Below the pieces are notes generated by a model. It worked only from the letters and a program-made list of their open reading frames with translations, was not told the origin of the DNA and ran no database searches. A stretch of 60,000 nt of DNA from positions 3,226,001 through 3,286,000 of the forward strand of contig NC_045697.1 of assembly GCF_009834535.1 (NCBI RefSeq). The letters are read 5' to 3'. Position 1 is the stretch's first letter; each line of letters opens with the position of its first letter. The translations under genes and the position numbers were made by a program. Shown here piece after piece: positions 59,296-60,000 of the stretch. This DNA comes from Camelus ferus (Eukaryota).

Positions 59296-60000
59296 GATTT
59301 TTACACACACACACTCACACGCTCACACATCCTCCTGTGCACACACCTGTTACCTCTACTGCCCAGTCTCTCAAAGGAGACACTATGATCTTGATTTTGC
59401 AGGTAAGACCCCAGCCTCTGCAGGGGCCCCCTCTGGTCCTCGCAGCCCCCCGGCCTCCCTCTGTCTTGGCCTGGCCCTCCCTCGGTGGTCAGTCTCCCTG
59501 TCCTCCCGTCCTGGACACCGACAGGGTGCAAGGGGGCCGATGGCTCTGCACGTGCTCCACCCTCCTTCCTCCGCAGCCCTGGGGTCTGGAGGCCCCCTGT
59601 GCTCCTCCTTCCAGCCCTGGTCTCTCACCAGCAGCCCCTCTGCCCTTCTCTCCTCCCTGCAGTGTGAGTCGTGGCCCCCGCCGCTCTTCTTCGGAGTCAT
59701 CAGTGGAGCCGCAGGGCGCGGCCTGGGGCCTCTCCTGCTGCTGGTGGACGTGGCCTGGCGAGGACCAAACACTCCCCGGCCGCCCCTTCTACTCTGCCTT
59801 GTGCACCTGTTCCCGCAGGTGCTGTTTCCCACCGTGGGGTCCTGGGAGTCCCGGACGGTGGTGACCGTGGCTGCAGAGGTGTCCTTCCTGTCATCTGTCC
59901 GACTCCCATCCTGCCATCAACTGCCCTCTTCCTGGAGGTGCCACTATGTGGGAACTGTCTTGGCCACAGCGTCCCCTTCTCCCAAGCAAAGCCCGCTGGT

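Overview
This is GC-rich mammalian genomic DNA, most likely camelid given two Vic-1-like tRNA-derived SINEs. It holds the convergent 3' ends of two genes. On the + strand are the last 7 coding exons of AFAP1 (actin filament-associated protein 1, including the neural-insert cassette exon) and a ~4.3 kb 3'UTR ending near 26.5 kb. On the - strand are the last 13 coding exons of SORCS2 (Vps10p-domain receptor: end of beta-propeller, 10CC, PKD/SoMP, transmembrane helix, cytoplasmic tail) and a ~2.4 kb 3'UTR ending near 34.4 kb. About 8 kb of intergenic DNA with LTR-like and L1 remnants separates them. Exon boundaries and phases were checked by hand. Two junctions fail to join in frame: a +1 nt shift at an AFAP1 donor and a +1 nt shift in the SORCS2 exon before the TM exon. 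Each can be rescued by a nearby alternative acceptor, or may be an assembly error. Other points of interest are a GC-AG intron, an alternative donor adding an acidic cluster to the SORCS2 tail, a candidate hidden terminal exon giving a PDZ-type C-terminus, and an intergenic LTR-like element with a splice donor pointing antisense into AFAP1. Comparisons with human proteins and repeat consensi are from memory, not alignments. Nearly all ORF-track entries are chance ORFs of GC-rich non-coding DNA.
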